Positions 19,060 through 27,920 of a stretch of DNA of 45,719 bases are shown piece by piece. The stretch is from positions 1 to 45,719 of the IMG/VR virus record IMGVR_UViG_3300031519_004485; one strand, written 5' to 3'. Each line of letters starts with the position of its first letter. Position 1 is the stretch's first letter. The position numbers and the translations under genes were made by a program. The notes beneath the pieces were generated by a model. The model saw nothing but the letters and a program-made list of their open reading frames with translations, did not search any database and was not told where the DNA came from. The DNA comes from a virus (lineage: Duplodnaviria > Caudoviricetes).

Positions 19060-19756
19060 AACATTTATTATTAGATTATCAGGTAATGACCATTCTTGTA
19101 AAATGGCGCTGGACTGTAAAGAACAAGCAGCAAAATTTGGTATACAAGCCGAATACTTCGAAGCTATTAATGGCCTACAAGCTGATGTTCATTATGAGTT
19201 AACTGGAGTGCCTAGACCTAAGAAAGGTCTAAAGAAAGGAAAGCTTGGTGTAATAGGATGTTTTTTTAGTCACTACTATCTATGGCAAGCGTGTGTTCAA
19301 CAAAACATACCTTACTTAATCTTAGAACACGACGGTTATATAATTAAAGATATACCTAACACTATATGCAATCAATTTACTGATGTACTAAAATTAGATA
19401 GATGTGATCCGTTTAGTAATACGTATAATGATGTAATTGAACAAGAAAAAGATATTCCATTAACTATAGAAAAATATGTAAATCATAGTCCAAAAGCAAT
19501 TCATAAAATAGGCACTGGCAACTATTTTAGAGGAGCGTACTCTTATATCATTAAGCCCAGCGGCGCACAAAAACTAATTAACTTTCTTAAATTAAATGAA
19601 AATGGCAACGGCCACAGACCTGCTGATCAGCAGATAGGTGATGGTGTATTAGATACTTGGGTAACTGTACCAACAGTTGCTAAGTTACATCCCTTTTATT
19701 CAATTGGTACTAATCTAAAAACTGCCAGCTTAACAGGCAATCCGGAGTTATTATAA
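19046..19756 (+). CDS. Glycosyltransferase family 25-like
   Basis: FEAING, GCFFSHYYLW, LILEHD, GAYSYIIKPSGAQKL, PADQ. Confidence 0.88.
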   Translation: MQHFKTFIIRLSGNDHSCKMALDCKEQAAKFGIQAEYFEAINGLQADVHYELTGVPRPKKGLKKGKLGVIGCFFSHYYLWQACVQQNIPYLILEHDGYIIKDIPNTICNQFTDVLKLDRCDPFSNTYNDVIEQEKDIPLTIEKYVNHSPKAIHKIGTGNYFRGAYSYIIKPSGAQKLINFLKLNENGNGHRPADQQIGDGVLDTWVTVPTVAKLHPFYSIGTNLKTASLTGNPELL

Positions 19757-19760
19757 TTTA

Positions 19761-20426
19761 ATGAATACAGATTACTCTATATTTTTAATATCAAATAAAA
19801 AAGAATATTATGAAACTATTAAAAATAGTATCCTTCCTGAAAAACTAGAATATTTTGACGGAACAAATGCTTCTTCATTTTCGGGATTAGTTAACGCTTG
19901 TGTAGAAAGTTGTACTACAGAAATAATTATAATAATGTCTGATAAAGTACTACCGCAACAAGAACATATTCAAAAGATTTTAGATTTAATTCACCAAGGA
20001 CATGGCTTTGTAGGACTTTATCGATTTGGTTGTTTTGGATTTAAAAAAGATTTATTTAGACAAATTGGTATGATGGACGAACGATTTATAGGTGGCGGTT
20101 ATGAAGACGATGACTTTTATATACGATTAATAGAATCAAATATTAGTGCATACCTATCTCACGAAGTACCATATACTAAACGACCATCGGCTTGGGGAGA
20201 TGTACATAAAAATCCTTCAGCTGATTTTTTTACTAAAAAATGGGGCGTTATAGAAGATAAACTTAACACTGTATACAGAAGATTTCCTGAAGAAACATAT
20301 AACTATAATCTCGGTGATAGTACTAATGCTATGTTTTTAACATGGGACAAAACTGTAATGTCAGTTAAGAAATTAAAAAAATATGCAACATTACGCATAT
20401 CAAAGGAGAATACCAGTGGCCAGTAA
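19761..20426 (+). CDS. GT-A fold glycosyltransferase (GT2/GT7-like)
   Basis: IGMMDERFIGGGYEDDDFYIRL and FFTKKWG motifs. Confidence 0.8.
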   Translation: MNTDYSIFLISNKKEYYETIKNSILPEKLEYFDGTNASSFSGLVNACVESCTTEIIIIMSDKVLPQQEHIQKILDLIHQGHGFVGLYRFGCFGFKKDLFRQIGMMDERFIGGGYEDDDFYIRLIESNISAYLSHEVPYTKRPSAWGDVHKNPSADFFTKKWGVIEDKLNTVYRRFPEETYNYNLGDSTNAMFLTWDKTVMSVKKLKKYATLRISKENTSGQ

Positions 20427-21003
20427 AAATCGTAGAATTTATGATCAAGGGTGTAATATTATTAACATGCTTCCGGGAATAGAAGACTGTTCGTATTTAG
20501 AACTAGGTGTCCGAGACAATATAAACTTTGAAGCAATAAAATGTAAAACGCAAATGAGTGTTGACATTAACGGCAAAGCAAAGTATACTGGGACAACTGA
20601 TGAGTACTTTACACAAACCAACATACCTAACTACGATATTATTTTTATTGACGCAAACCACGATAAAGAGTTTGTAGTTAGAGATTATAATAACTCAATA
20701 GAATACGCTACAAAATGGGTGCTAATTCATGATATGATTCCACCTAAGAAAAAACATGCAACCTCGGATCGTTGCTCAGATTCTTTTCGTGTACTACATT
20801 ATATGATGTCTAATACAAATATAGAATTATATCCAATGGACGAAAATTTAGGGCTAACATTAATTAAGATGCCTGCTACTAAAATTAAATTAGATAACGC
20901 TAGTACTAATTTAACTTATGAATTATTTAAATCATTTATAACAAATAAAAAAGTTTATTCAAGAACAGAAATAACAAAAATATTAAGGAACTCAAATGTT
21001 TAA
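20416..21003 (+). CDS. Class I SAM-dependent methyltransferase
   Basis: YLELGV, TDEYF, DIIFIDANH, LIHD; start reassigned to GTG 20416 after AGGAG. Confidence 0.8.
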   Translation: MASKNRRIYDQGCNIINMLPGIEDCSYLELGVRDNINFEAIKCKTQMSVDINGKAKYTGTTDEYFTQTNIPNYDIIFIDANHDKEFVVRDYNNSIEYATKWVLIHDMIPPKKKHATSDRCSDSFRVLHYMMSNTNIELYPMDENLGLTLIKMPATKIKLDNASTNLTYELFKSFITNKKVYSRTEITKILRNSNV

Positions 21004-21979
21004 CGGATCACGAATTTTTATAAGCGGCGCAACAGGAAGTTGGGGACAGACACTTACTACTATGTTATTAGACAGGTATGATGTCAAACAAATTATTTGT
21101 TTTTCAAGAGGTGAATTACAACAAGTAATGATGAAACGTAAGTTTAAGTCAAATCCCAAACTAAAATTTGTAATCGGTGACATACGAGATTACGATGCTG
21201 TGCGACATGCGACTAAAGACGTAGACTATATTTTTCATCTCGCTGCATTAAAGCATGTACCAGTATGTGAAGAAAACGTACAAGAAACAATTAAAACAAA
21301 TATTAACGGAACTACAAATATTGTTAACGCTGCAATAGAAAACCGTGTAAAGAAAGTAATTGATGTAAGTTCGGATAAAGCTGTAGAGCCAATTAATTTA
21401 TATGGCATGACAAAAAGTGTTGGTGAGAAAATAATTGTACAAGCAAACGATCTAAGTGACTTTACTAAATTTGTATGTATTCGAGGTGGAAACGTTATGG
21501 GATCAAGCGGTAGTGTTATTCCGTTCTTTATTGATCAAATTAATGCAGGCGGTCCTATTACTATTACTGATAATCAAATGACACGGTTTTTTATAACACT
21601 TGAAGAAGCTATTGAATTAGTATTTAAAGCAAGCATTGACAGTATCGGCGGAGAAACATTTGTTATTAATATGCCAGCTTGCTATATTACAGATATTGCT
21701 GAACTACTAATGGAAGAATACGGCACCGTAGAAGTTAAAGAAGTTGGCATTCGTCCAGGTGAAAAGTTAGACGAAATGTTAATTTCAAATCACGAATCAA
21801 AATTAAGTTACTGTTACGACACTAATTATTTTTTAACATTGCCTGCAAGCCATAGTCAAGCACTTGCAGTTAGATATCAGGATTGTGAACCGTTTCCGCA
21901 TAATGAGTTTTCTAGTAAAACAACAATTATGAATAAAACAGAAATTAAAGAAATGTTAAAGAAAGGCAAGTTCATATGA
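20996..21979 (+). CDS. UDP-GlcNAc 4,6-dehydratase/epimerase (CapD/FnlA/PseB family)
   Basis: GATGSWG, GDIRD, HLAALKHVP, SSDKAVEPINLYGMTK, RGGNVMGSSGSVIP, MTRF, GIRPGEKL. Confidence 0.93.
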   Translation: MFNGSRIFISGATGSWGQTLTTMLLDRYDVKQIICFSRGELQQVMMKRKFKSNPKLKFVIGDIRDYDAVRHATKDVDYIFHLAALKHVPVCEENVQETIKTNINGTTNIVNAAIENRVKKVIDVSSDKAVEPINLYGMTKSVGEKIIVQANDLSDFTKFVCIRGGNVMGSSGSVIPFFIDQINAGGPITITDNQMTRFFITLEEAIELVFKASIDSIGGETFVINMPACYITDIAELLMEEYGTVEVKEVGIRPGEKLDEMLISNHESKLSYCYDTNYFLTLPASHSQALAVRYQDCEPFPHNEFSSKTTIMNKTEIKEMLKKGKFI

Positions 21980-22782
21980 ACATTATGATATTAGGTGCTC
22001 ATGGTATGGCCGGGCATATGATATCAAAATATTTAAAACTGCACGGACATATAGTAACTGACATTACTAGGGCGCAAGTAGACTTTGAAAATAAAACTGA
22101 AATTGACAGTTTGAATTTTGATGAGATTAACTTTGTTATTAACTGTGTAGGACTGCTAGTACAAGAAAGTATTTCTCGTCCTGACAGAGCAACATTACTT
22201 AATAGCTGGTTACCTCACTATTTGGAATACAAGCTTGCTGATACAAACACTAAACTAGTACACTTATCAACCGACTGTGTGTTTAATGGCCTAACAGGAA
22301 ATTATACTGAAGATGATATCCCTAACGAAACAAATGCATATGGTAAGTCAAAATGCTTAGGTGAAATAAACAATAGTAAGGACGTTACTTTTAGGATGAG
22401 TATCATCGGTCCTGAACTTAAACAATCTGGTACAGGTCTAATGCATTGGTTTGTTAATAAAAGTGAAGACACTGTACAAGGGTGGGATAATGCATTTTGG
22501 AACGGTATTACAACTTTAGAATTAGCAAAATGCATTAATAGTTATATAAGCAATCCAATAATTAGCGGAATATATCATGTTGTAAATAATAATAACAAAA
22601 TATCTAAGTACGAGTTGTTACAAAAAATCAATCATGTTTTTAATTTAGAAAAAAATATAATACGCACACAAGGGCCCAAACCGGCTAACAAGATTCTTGT
22701 TGACACCCGAAACGATTTTAAGTTTAATATTCCTAATTACGACACAATGCTTAATGAACTAAAACAATTTATTAATACCTAG
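21976..22782 (+). CDS. RmlD-like NDP-4-keto-6-deoxysugar reductase
   Basis: GAHGMAG, INCVG, HLSTDCVF, YGKSK (YxxxK), RMSIIGPE. Confidence 0.88.
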   Translation: MNIMILGAHGMAGHMISKYLKLHGHIVTDITRAQVDFENKTEIDSLNFDEINFVINCVGLLVQESISRPDRATLLNSWLPHYLEYKLADTNTKLVHLSTDCVFNGLTGNYTEDDIPNETNAYGKSKCLGEINNSKDVTFRMSIIGPELKQSGTGLMHWFVNKSEDTVQGWDNAFWNGITTLELAKCINSYISNPIISGIYHVVNNNNKISKYELLQKINHVFNLEKNIIRTQGPKPANKILVDTRNDFKFNIPNYDTMLNELKQFINT

Positions 22783-22811
22783 CCAAAATTATATTTGTAA
22801 TAAACTGCACA

Positions 22812-22819
22812 TATAAATA
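22812..22819 (+). promoter_or_regulatory. T4 late-consensus promoter TATAAATA
   Basis: Exact TATAAATA, 5 nt before ATG 22825. Confidence 0.75.
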
Positions 22820-22824
22820 ACTAC

Positions 22825-23583
22825 ATGAACAGAATTGTATTAGTAACAGGTGGATTTGACCCACTACACAGCGGGCATATTGCCTATTTCAAAGAAGCAA
22901 AGAAATTAGGCGATCGATTGATCGTTGGCCTAAATTCAGATGAATGGCTTGAGCGTAAAAAGGGCAAAGCATTTATGCCTTGGAATGAGCGCCTATGCAT
23001 TGTAAACAACTTACAAATGGTAGACGAAGTTTTTACATTTATGGACGATGATGATTCTGCTATAAATTTTATAAAACAAGTTAAAGCACACTATCCCAAC
23101 GATAAAATAATATTTGCCAATGGCGGCGACCGAACCTCTGAAAACATTCCTGAGATGGCTGTTGAAGGTGTAGAGTTTGTATTTGGTGTCGGTGGAGAAA
23201 ACAAAGCTAACAGTTCGAGCTGGATACTAGAAGAGTGGAAAGCACCAAAAACAGAACGCCAGTGGGGGTACTACAGAGTGATACACGAATATGATGAACA
23301 CACTAAAGTAAAAGAATTAGCAGTACCACCTGGTGGTAAATTATCAATGCAGCGTCACACAGAACGTGCCGAACATTGGTTTGTTGCAGAAGGTACTGCA
23401 ACTGTATATACAATTAATAGAAATACAGACATAGAAACATTAGGTGTATATGCACAGCATCAGTCATTGCATATACCTGTAGGAACTTGGCATCAACTTG
23501 CTAACGAACACGAAACAACACTTAAACTTGTAGAAATACAATACGGAACAAATTGCGTGGAGAGCGACATTGAACGAAGATAA
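22825..23583 (+). CDS. Cytidylyltransferase-like (RfaE/TagD-type) domain fused to mannose-6-phosphate-isomerase-type cupin
   Basis: GGFDPLHSGH (HxGH), GLNSD, FANGGDR, SSSWIL; C-terminal RQWGYY, LSMQRH..RAEHW, WHQL, EIQYG...ESDIER. Confidence 0.9.
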   Translation: MNRIVLVTGGFDPLHSGHIAYFKEAKKLGDRLIVGLNSDEWLERKKGKAFMPWNERLCIVNNLQMVDEVFTFMDDDDSAINFIKQVKAHYPNDKIIFANGGDRTSENIPEMAVEGVEFVFGVGGENKANSSSWILEEWKAPKTERQWGYYRVIHEYDEHTKVKELAVPPGGKLSMQRHTERAEHWFVAEGTATVYTINRNTDIETLGVYAQHQSLHIPVGTWHQLANEHETTLKLVEIQYGTNCVESDIERR

Positions 23584-25264
23584 TCCATTACGAATATATG
23601 TAGGATACGATCCTAGAGAACATGATGCGTATGAAGTATGTAAATACAGTATACTTCATAATACAGAAGCCAATGTTGAAATAATTCCTATTAAACAAAA
23701 AAAATTACGCAAACAAGATATATATTGGAGAGAAGACGATCCGTTATCGTCGACTGAATTTACGTTTACTCGATTTCTTATTCCATACTTAGCAGAGTAC
23801 AACGGCTGGGCATTGTTTATAGATTGCGATTTTGTGTTTACTGATGATGTTCAAAATTTGTTCAATCATGCAAATGACAAATATGCAGTAATGTGTGCTC
23901 AACACGATTACAAGCCTAAAGAAGGTCTCAAGATGGATGGCAAACAACAACATGTTTATCCACGCAAAAATTGGTCAAGTATGATGCTAATTAATTGTGG
24001 CCATCCGTCAAATCGAAAACTTGATTTAAACCTAGTAAACAACCCAAATAAAACTGGTGCATATTTTCATAGATTTAGTTGGCTAACCGATAAAGAAATT
24101 GGCAGATTATCACACCAATGGAATTGGTTAGTAGGGCATTACAAATCACCTGAACATGGCACACCACAAGCATTACATTACACCGAAGGCGGCCCCTGGT
24201 TTGATGATTATAGAGAGTGCGAGTTTAATCATATATGGTACGAATATAAAATAAAACTACTCGAAAACGTTATTAAGAAACAAGAAAAAATATACGATAA
24301 GCTAAACACTGCTGACAATTTAAGTTTAACTGATAGCAAAAAGGTTATTATCAATACGTTGCTACATCACTTAGTTGACCCTCAAGGAAATTTTTATAGC
24401 GGATCGACTAAAGAAAAATTAGACATACTTATAAAGGATGAAATAGACATGGGAAACAAAGTTGCAACAATAGATAGCGAGGGCGGCGTAGGGTATGCAA
24501 AAAAAGGACACGAATATGACACGTACCTTACAGCATTTGTGCTAGGGTCAACAGGAACAATATCAAGTTGGGACCGAGAAAAAGATACTAAAACTCCATT
24601 AGTAATACGAGGCTTAGGAGGCGGCAGTAGAAAAGCTATTCAACATTGCTGGGCTTCTAAGAGAGATTTCTACGCAATTGACACAGGCTATCTTGGCAAT
24701 GGCAAAAGTAAATATTGGCATCGTGTAACTAAAAATGCACTACAACAACCGGGCCCAATTGTCGAACGTGACACTGATAGACTAAAAGGGCTAGGATGGA
24801 AGTTTAATAAGTTTACACCAGGAAGGAAGATTTTAATATGTCCTCCTAGTTTAAAAGTTATGGAGTTATGGGGACAGCCTGATCCTGAAACTTGGGTACA
24901 ACAAACTATAGCACGACTTAAATTACTAACTGATCGTCCTATTGAGGTTCGAATGAAACCTCGACGAGGAGACCGTGTTACACATAACAGTATCGAAGCT
25001 GCCTTAGCAGATGACGTACATTGTTTAATTACTTACAATAGTATTGCTGCTACTGAAGCTATTTTTGCAGGTAAGCCCGCAATTGCATTAGGTCCTAATG
25101 CAGCTTCGGTAATATGTCCTACAGATTTATCAAAAGTAGAAAGCTTAATTATCCCATCAAAGGATGATGTTGAAGCGTTTGCTAGGCATTTAAGTTACTG
25201 TCAGTTTAGCTATGGTGAGTTACAAAACGGCACCGCCTGGCGAATATTAAATGAAGGTAGTTAG
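23570..25264 (+). CDS. GT8-like glycosyltransferase fused to a KpsS/KpsC-like (capsule synthesis) domain
   Basis: N half: IYVGYDPRE, STEFTFTRF, DCDF, YPRKNWSS, HYTEGGPW. C half: IDTGY, VRMKP, ITYNSIAATEAIFAGKP, LSYCQF..EL..G. Confidence 0.75.
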   Translation: MNEDNPLRIYVGYDPREHDAYEVCKYSILHNTEANVEIIPIKQKKLRKQDIYWREDDPLSSTEFTFTRFLIPYLAEYNGWALFIDCDFVFTDDVQNLFNHANDKYAVMCAQHDYKPKEGLKMDGKQQHVYPRKNWSSMMLINCGHPSNRKLDLNLVNNPNKTGAYFHRFSWLTDKEIGRLSHQWNWLVGHYKSPEHGTPQALHYTEGGPWFDDYRECEFNHIWYEYKIKLLENVIKKQEKIYDKLNTADNLSLTDSKKVIINTLLHHLVDPQGNFYSGSTKEKLDILIKDEIDMGNKVATIDSEGGVGYAKKGHEYDTYLTAFVLGSTGTISSWDREKDTKTPLVIRGLGGGSRKAIQHCWASKRDFYAIDTGYLGNGKSKYWHRVTKNALQQPGPIVERDTDRLKGLGWKFNKFTPGRKILICPPSLKVMELWGQPDPETWVQQTIARLKLLTDRPIEVRMKPRRGDRVTHNSIEAALADDVHCLITYNSIAATEAIFAGKPAIALGPNAASVICPTDLSKVESLIIPSKDDVEAFARHLSYCQFSYGELQNGTAWRILNEGS

Positions 25265-26192
25265 TTATTATAATGTAGTACCTGGTAAAAATAAAAGCCA
25301 AGAAAAATTTGATATACTAACTAAGTTTATTAACGGCGTTAATGCTGCTGGCGATGAAGGTGTACTGCATAAACAATCTAATATAGTTAATTGCGATGTC
25401 GGAGTCATTCAAGGATGGCAACATGACCGAGGCAAGTCTGCTCCGCATTTACAATTAAGACAAAAAGTAATTGAAACACAAACTAATGCTAGCAAGTATG
25501 TTGTTTCAGGTGATGCTAATTTGTTTCTGTATGCAAATAAATCTAACCAACCACATCATTATTTACGCTATAGTTTTAATGGCATATTTCCTAGCACCGG
25601 AATATATTGCGATGATACTCCAGATCCAAAACGCTGGCAGCAAATATCCAAAGACACTGGGATAGAACTACAAGATTATAAAACTAAAGGAAAGACTATT
25701 GTTGTCTGTATGCAGCGCGAAGGCGGTTGGAGTATGGGACCAATGTCTATAGTTAACTGGACTAAGAACGTAGTAACTGAAATTAGAAAACATACTGATA
25801 GAAAGATTATTTTAAGACCTCATCCAGGAGACAAAAAAGCATTGTTAACATATCTGCCAGTCTTACAACAATTCTTTAAATCAGCAGCTGATGTAAAAAT
25901 ATCACAGTTTGGAACACCGATAGAACAAGATTTACATAAAGCCTGGGCAGTTGTAAATCACAATAGTAGTAGTGTAGTAGGTCCTATTATACAAGGATAT
26001 CATGCATTCATAACCGATCCTGAAAAGTCGCAGTGTACTGATGTTTCGCATACAGATTTTAGTAAAATTGAAACTCCTCAGCAGTTTGACAGACAAGCTT
26101 GGCTCGAGCGTATAAGCATGTTTCATTGGAAGTTTAGTGAACTAGACGATGGAACATGCTGGAAACATATGAGAAATTATGTGCGCCAGTAG
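25251..26192 (+). CDS. KpsS/KpsC-like GT-B protein (putative CMP-sugar transferase)
   Basis: VVCMQ, ILRPHP, AVVNHNSSSVVGPIIQG, DRQAWL...W...EL..G. Confidence 0.6.
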   Translation: MKVVSYYNVVPGKNKSQEKFDILTKFINGVNAAGDEGVLHKQSNIVNCDVGVIQGWQHDRGKSAPHLQLRQKVIETQTNASKYVVSGDANLFLYANKSNQPHHYLRYSFNGIFPSTGIYCDDTPDPKRWQQISKDTGIELQDYKTKGKTIVVCMQREGGWSMGPMSIVNWTKNVVTEIRKHTDRKIILRPHPGDKKALLTYLPVLQQFFKSAADVKISQFGTPIEQDLHKAWAVVNHNSSSVVGPIIQGYHAFITDPEKSQCTDVSHTDFSKIETPQQFDRQAWLERISMFHWKFSELDDGTCWKHMRNYVRQ

Positions 26193-27022
26193 TCTTCTTT
26201 ACGCTTAACCATTATATCAGACGTTTTTGATTTACCTTGATTTTTACGATCACCTTTCATATGATCTATCCACTTACCTAATTTAGTATTAATAAGAGGA
26301 TGACCCCCACCCCCTGTCTTGGCTTCACGTAGATACATTTCAGCACTGTAATCAAGTACGTTTGGCGAAGTAAATTTCATTCTATTAATAATGTTACCAA
26401 ACACAAAACTGTCATGCCATTCTTCTAATAAGAATATTCCGTTGTCTGCATCTTCGTATACCCGTTCAAACTCTGCTAAGAAATCTTGACACACGCCGTC
26501 ATTTAAGTTCATTCCATAGAATCCGCACTCAGGCCATGTCTGTGATCCTTTGCCTCTGCCTACATAAGTGATCCAACTTGTTTTAGGAAGTAACTCTGCA
26601 AACTGCTCATACGACCAATCACTATGTACAAACGTATCTGCGTCCATCCATACACACCAGTCCTTAGAGCGTGTACAAGCGTCATACACAGCATAAGTCT
26701 TATTAGCAAACCTTACTGCGTCCCATTTAAACTTTTTATTCCAGTCTCTTGGGCGCCTAGCTTTAATTTCTGCAGGAGGAATACCATTGGCTTTAGGTGT
26801 ATCTTTCCATTTTTCTTTAAATGCATTTAGTTTTGGTAATGCTGTTCTAGCATCAATAATTTCAATTTGTCTAGGATCAGGATTAACTGGCATACAATCT
26901 TCAACATAGCATAATAATTTAATACGTTTATCTACTCGTTGTGCAAAGCTATCTAAAAATCTTTGACCATATGTTCTCATTCCGGCTGGGTGAAAAGTTG
27001 TAACCACAGTTATGTTTGGCAT
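26177..27022 (-). CDS. GT-A fold glycosyltransferase-like protein
   Basis: VVTTF, WDAVRFANK, WMDADT (DxD), ECGF, WHDSFVF, DHMKG; AAGGA RBS. Confidence 0.75.
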   Translation of the reverse strand: MPNITVVTTFHPAGMRTYGQRFLDSFAQRVDKRIKLLCYVEDCMPVNPDPRQIEIIDARTALPKLNAFKEKWKDTPKANGIPPAEIKARRPRDWNKKFKWDAVRFANKTYAVYDACTRSKDWCVWMDADTFVHSDWSYEQFAELLPKTSWITYVGRGKGSQTWPECGFYGMNLNDGVCQDFLAEFERVYEDADNGIFLLEEWHDSFVFGNIINRMKFTSPNVLDYSAEMYLREAKTGGGGHPLINTKLGKWIDHMKGDRKNQGKSKTSDIMVKRKEDYWRT

Positions 27023-27034
27023 TTGTTAATCCTT

Positions 27035-27060
27035 GTAAATACGTTATATGAAATATTTAC
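27035..27060. promoter_or_regulatory. Face-to-face late-type promoters forming an inverted repeat
   Basis: GTAAATA (27035-27041) ... TATTTAC (27054-27060) between divergent genes. Confidence 0.65.
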
Positions 27061-27063
27061 CTA

Positions 27064-27903
27064 ATGAGATTTAGTTTATGGACAAGTTATGGCGCACTTA
27101 ACAGCAAACCTGTGTTTGATGCTTTTGCTCACAGCCTTGTATCTAACGGGCATATTGTTACTTATAATGATATCAATGCCGATGTTAATGTTATTTGGAG
27201 TGTATTGTTTAATGGACGTATGGCAGGAAATCAATCAGTTTGGCAACAAAAGAAACCTACCATAGTATTAGAAGTTGGCGGCATAAATAGAGGCACAACT
27301 TGGAAGGTAGGACTAAATGGAATCAACAGAGACGCTTACTTTGGTGAGCAAGACAATGATAGGTCTAGGGCTGATAGCCTGGGACTGGTTTGTAAGCCTT
27401 GGAGATCCAACGGGGATTTTATTCTAATATGCGGACAACACGATAAGAGTTTACAATGGCAAAACATGCCAGTATTAGCTACTTGGGCAATTGATACAAT
27501 TAAAACTATACGAATGTATAGTAAACGCCCTATTATATTTCGGCCACATCCTAGGTGCCCTTTACCAAATATCGAACACAAGTTTAAGAACGTACACAGG
27601 CAAGCACCAAAGAAGTTAAATGGCACATATGACAACTTTGACATAGGATTTGACAACGTACACGCTACTGTAAGCTACTCTAGCAACCCGGGTGTGCATA
27701 GTATCATTAACGGCATTCCAGCGTTTGTAGGCACCAGCTCGTTAGCATATGATGTTGCTAACGACATAGACTTCTTACACGATATTGAAAATCCAATGAT
27801 GCCAGATAGAACACAATGGCTTAATGACTATGCCCATACTGAATATACACTTGATGAAATAGCACAAGGTATTCCTCTTAAAAGGTTGACAGAGAAACTC
27901 TAA
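27064..27903 (+). CDS. KpsS/KpsC-like GT-B protein (putative CMP-sugar transferase)
   Basis: ILICGQ, IIFRPHP, VSYSSNPGVHSIINGIP, DRTQWL...EY...EI..G; paralogous to 25251-26192. Confidence 0.62.
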   Translation: MRFSLWTSYGALNSKPVFDAFAHSLVSNGHIVTYNDINADVNVIWSVLFNGRMAGNQSVWQQKKPTIVLEVGGINRGTTWKVGLNGINRDAYFGEQDNDRSRADSLGLVCKPWRSNGDFILICGQHDKSLQWQNMPVLATWAIDTIKTIRMYSKRPIIFRPHPRCPLPNIEHKFKNVHRQAPKKLNGTYDNFDIGFDNVHATVSYSSNPGVHSIINGIPAFVGTSSLAYDVANDIDFLHDIENPMMPDRTQWLNDYAHTEYTLDEIAQGIPLKRLTEKL

Positions 27904-27914
27904 TACGCTATACT
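27886..27914 (+). promoter_or_regulatory. Sigma70-type promoter, leaderless geometry
   Basis: TTGACA, 17 nt, TATACT, 6 nt, ATG 27921. Confidence 0.8.
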
Positions 27915-27920
27915 AAGTGT

